7,582 bases of DNA from a virus (taxonomy: Duplodnaviria; Heunggongvirae; Uroviricota; Caudoviricetes): the IMG/VR virus record IMGVR_UViG_2695420687_000006, one strand, 5' to 3'. The first letter of the stretch is position 1. Every line of letters starts with the position of its first letter. Under the pieces are notes generated by a model. It saw only the letters and a program-made list of their open reading frames with translations, was not told the DNA's origin and made no database searches. The position numbers and the translations under genes were made by a program. Below, piece by piece: positions 6,583 to 7,582 of the stretch.

Positions 6583-6948
6583 TTACAGTCCGATGATGTC
6601 GTCCGCTCTGCCACTACCTCCGGACACCTCCGGCAGCGTCGGGTCCGGCATACCACCCGCCGCTTCACGAGCAGACTTTTGTCGATGGCATTCGGTACAG
6701 AGCGTCCAGAGATTCGTCTCCTCATTACCACCACCGAACTGAAGTGCAATGCGGTGATCGAGTTCACTGTCACAGAGGTCAACCACACGACCACAGAGAC
6801 AGCACTGCCCGGCATCCCTGAGCCAGATATGACGCTTGAGGGAAACACGTGCACTGCCACTGACACGACGCTGTTCACCCTTCAGAATATTCACCCGTCG
6901 GGTATTCAGTGTTTTGATTCTGCTCTGGAGTGTACGAAGCTCAGCCAT
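6583..6948 (-). CDS. HNH endonuclease (phage packaging-associated)
   Basis: 121-aa ORF with a canonical HNH motif: CCLCG ... LDH ... NEETNLWTLCTECH (C-x2-C, D-H, N, C-x2-C-H). It lies immediately upstream of terS and terL, as in HK97-like cos phages. Confidence 0.9.
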   Translation of the reverse strand: MAELRTLQSRIKTLNTRRVNILKGEQRRVSGSARVSLKRHIWLRDAGQCCLCGRVVDLCDSELDHRIALQFGGGNEETNLWTLCTECHRQKSAREAAGGMPDPTLPEVSGGSGRADDIIGL

Positions 6949-6989
6949 GTAAAATCCCCGTCATATGGCAATCAGTAAAGGAAATAAAT

Positions 6990-7190
6990 ATGTCATCGAA
7001 AAACCGGACCCGCAGAACCACAACCCGCAATATCCGTTTCCCCAATCACATGATTGAACAGATCAATATCGCCCTTGAACATAAAGGTTCCGGTAACTTT
7101 TCAGCGTGGGTTATTGAAGCCTGCAGGAGAAGGCTGGCAACAGATGCAACGCATCTGCGTCCGGCCAGCATGACAAATAACGAGAAATGA
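6990..7190 (+). CDS. small ribbon-helix-helix-like DNA-binding protein (66 aa), resembling YlcI/YnfO-type small prophage proteins
   Basis: ATG at 6990 with AAGGA about 8 nt upstream. The pattern RNIRFPNHMIEQINIALEHKGSGNFSAWVIEACRRRL fits a beta-strand plus two helices. The longer track ORF from 6930 would overlap the HNH start and lacks a ribosome-binding site, so the 6990 start is preferred. The family resemblance is from memory and unverified. Confidence 0.55.
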   Translation: MSSKNRTRRTTTRNIRFPNHMIEQINIALEHKGSGNFSAWVIEACRRRLATDATHLRPASMTNNEK

Positions 7191-7321
7191 ACGTTCGGTT
7201 ACAGGAGCAGGCACCCACTGTCCTCCAACAATATTTCATCTTCATACCCGGCGGAACAAGACTTACCCAGCCGGAATGTACAGAATAACAACAGAGTGAT
7301 AATTAATTTCTGATGAAATAA

Positions 7322-7582
7322 TCAGGGTGCAGAAGGACTAAAGATAAACGTTTTCTTCACGCCTTTACGCGGCCTATCCTTCTCAAATCGCCATTTTGCC
7401 ATCGCCTTTACAACCTGCTCATCAAACAGATGGTGCGGCTCTGAACGGATAAACTCAATTCGGGTAACAGTACAAAGCCCACGTAACGGGCGCAATATAA
7501 ATACTCCTGTCGAGTGAATTATTTTTTGTTTATGATCAAGTTCACATCTTTTTTGATGCTTGCATGAACCAGAAGAAGGGGA
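7322..7582 (-). CDS. hypothetical protein, 5'-partial at window edge (or 57-aa protein from TTG at 7495)
   Basis: The minus-strand frame is open from the window edge to TGA at 7324..7322 (87 stop-free codons in an AT-rich region). An internal TTG at 7495..7493 is preceded by AGGAG with 8-nt spacing. C-terminal sequence is ...HHLFDEQVVKAMAKWRFEKDRPRKGVKKTFIFSPSAP. No family recognised. Confidence 0.3.
   Translation of the reverse strand, partial: SPSSGSCKHQKRCELDHKQKIIHSTGVFILRPLRGLCTVTRIEFIRSEPHHLFDEQVVKAMAKWRFEKDRPRKGVKKTFIFSPSAP

Noticed and set aside
6486-6878. 130-aa minus-strand ORF overlapping the HNH gene in another frame
   Set aside because: Out-of-frame overlap with a gene that has a clear HNH motif; the composition is Ser/Val-rich and repetitive; no independent support.
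6930-7190. 86-aa version of the plus-strand small gene starting at ATG 6930
   Set aside because: This start would overlap the HNH start codon and lacks a Shine-Dalgarno. The downstream ATG at 6990 has AAGGA at proper spacing, so the shorter 66-aa form is preferred.
7204-7274. Imperfect inverted repeats in the convergent intergenic region between the RHH gene and the right-flank ORF, considered as a bidirectional terminator
   Set aside because: Stems are short, bulged or mismatched, and lack flanking U/A tracts; not convincing.

Overview
The window is almost entirely one minus-strand, tightly packed DNA-packaging and head-morphogenesis module of a cos-type, HK97-like enterobacterial phage or phage-derived element. 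Reading 5'->3' on the minus strand (high to low coordinates): a start-less ORF in an AT-rich flank (7582..7322), an HNH endonuclease (6948..6583), a ~290-bp non-coding region with a cluster of GTTAAC-core inverted repeats (candidate cos / terminase-recognition region), terminase small subunit (6294..5731), terminase large subunit (5734..4073), a terminator-like hairpin, a single ORF fusing a prohead protease to an HK97-fold major capsid protein (4009..2072), a 212-bp gap with a GC-rich stem-loop and a doubtful 73-codon ORF, the portal protein (1860..496) and a translationally coupled 148-aa internally repeated protein (499..53). One small plus-strand gene (6990..7190) encoding a ribbon-helix-helix-like protein sits head-to-head with the HNH gene. 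No tRNA, rRNA, CRISPR array, integrase or transposase is recognisable. All family assignments rest on motif recognition by eye from the translations; no database search was possible. The most unusual aspects are the protease-capsid fusion with a plausible nested internal start, its placement between terminase and portal, and the palindromic repeat cluster between HNH and terS. A capsid-forming satellite (cf-PICI-like) is one hypothesis but cannot be distinguished from an ordinary prophage within this window.
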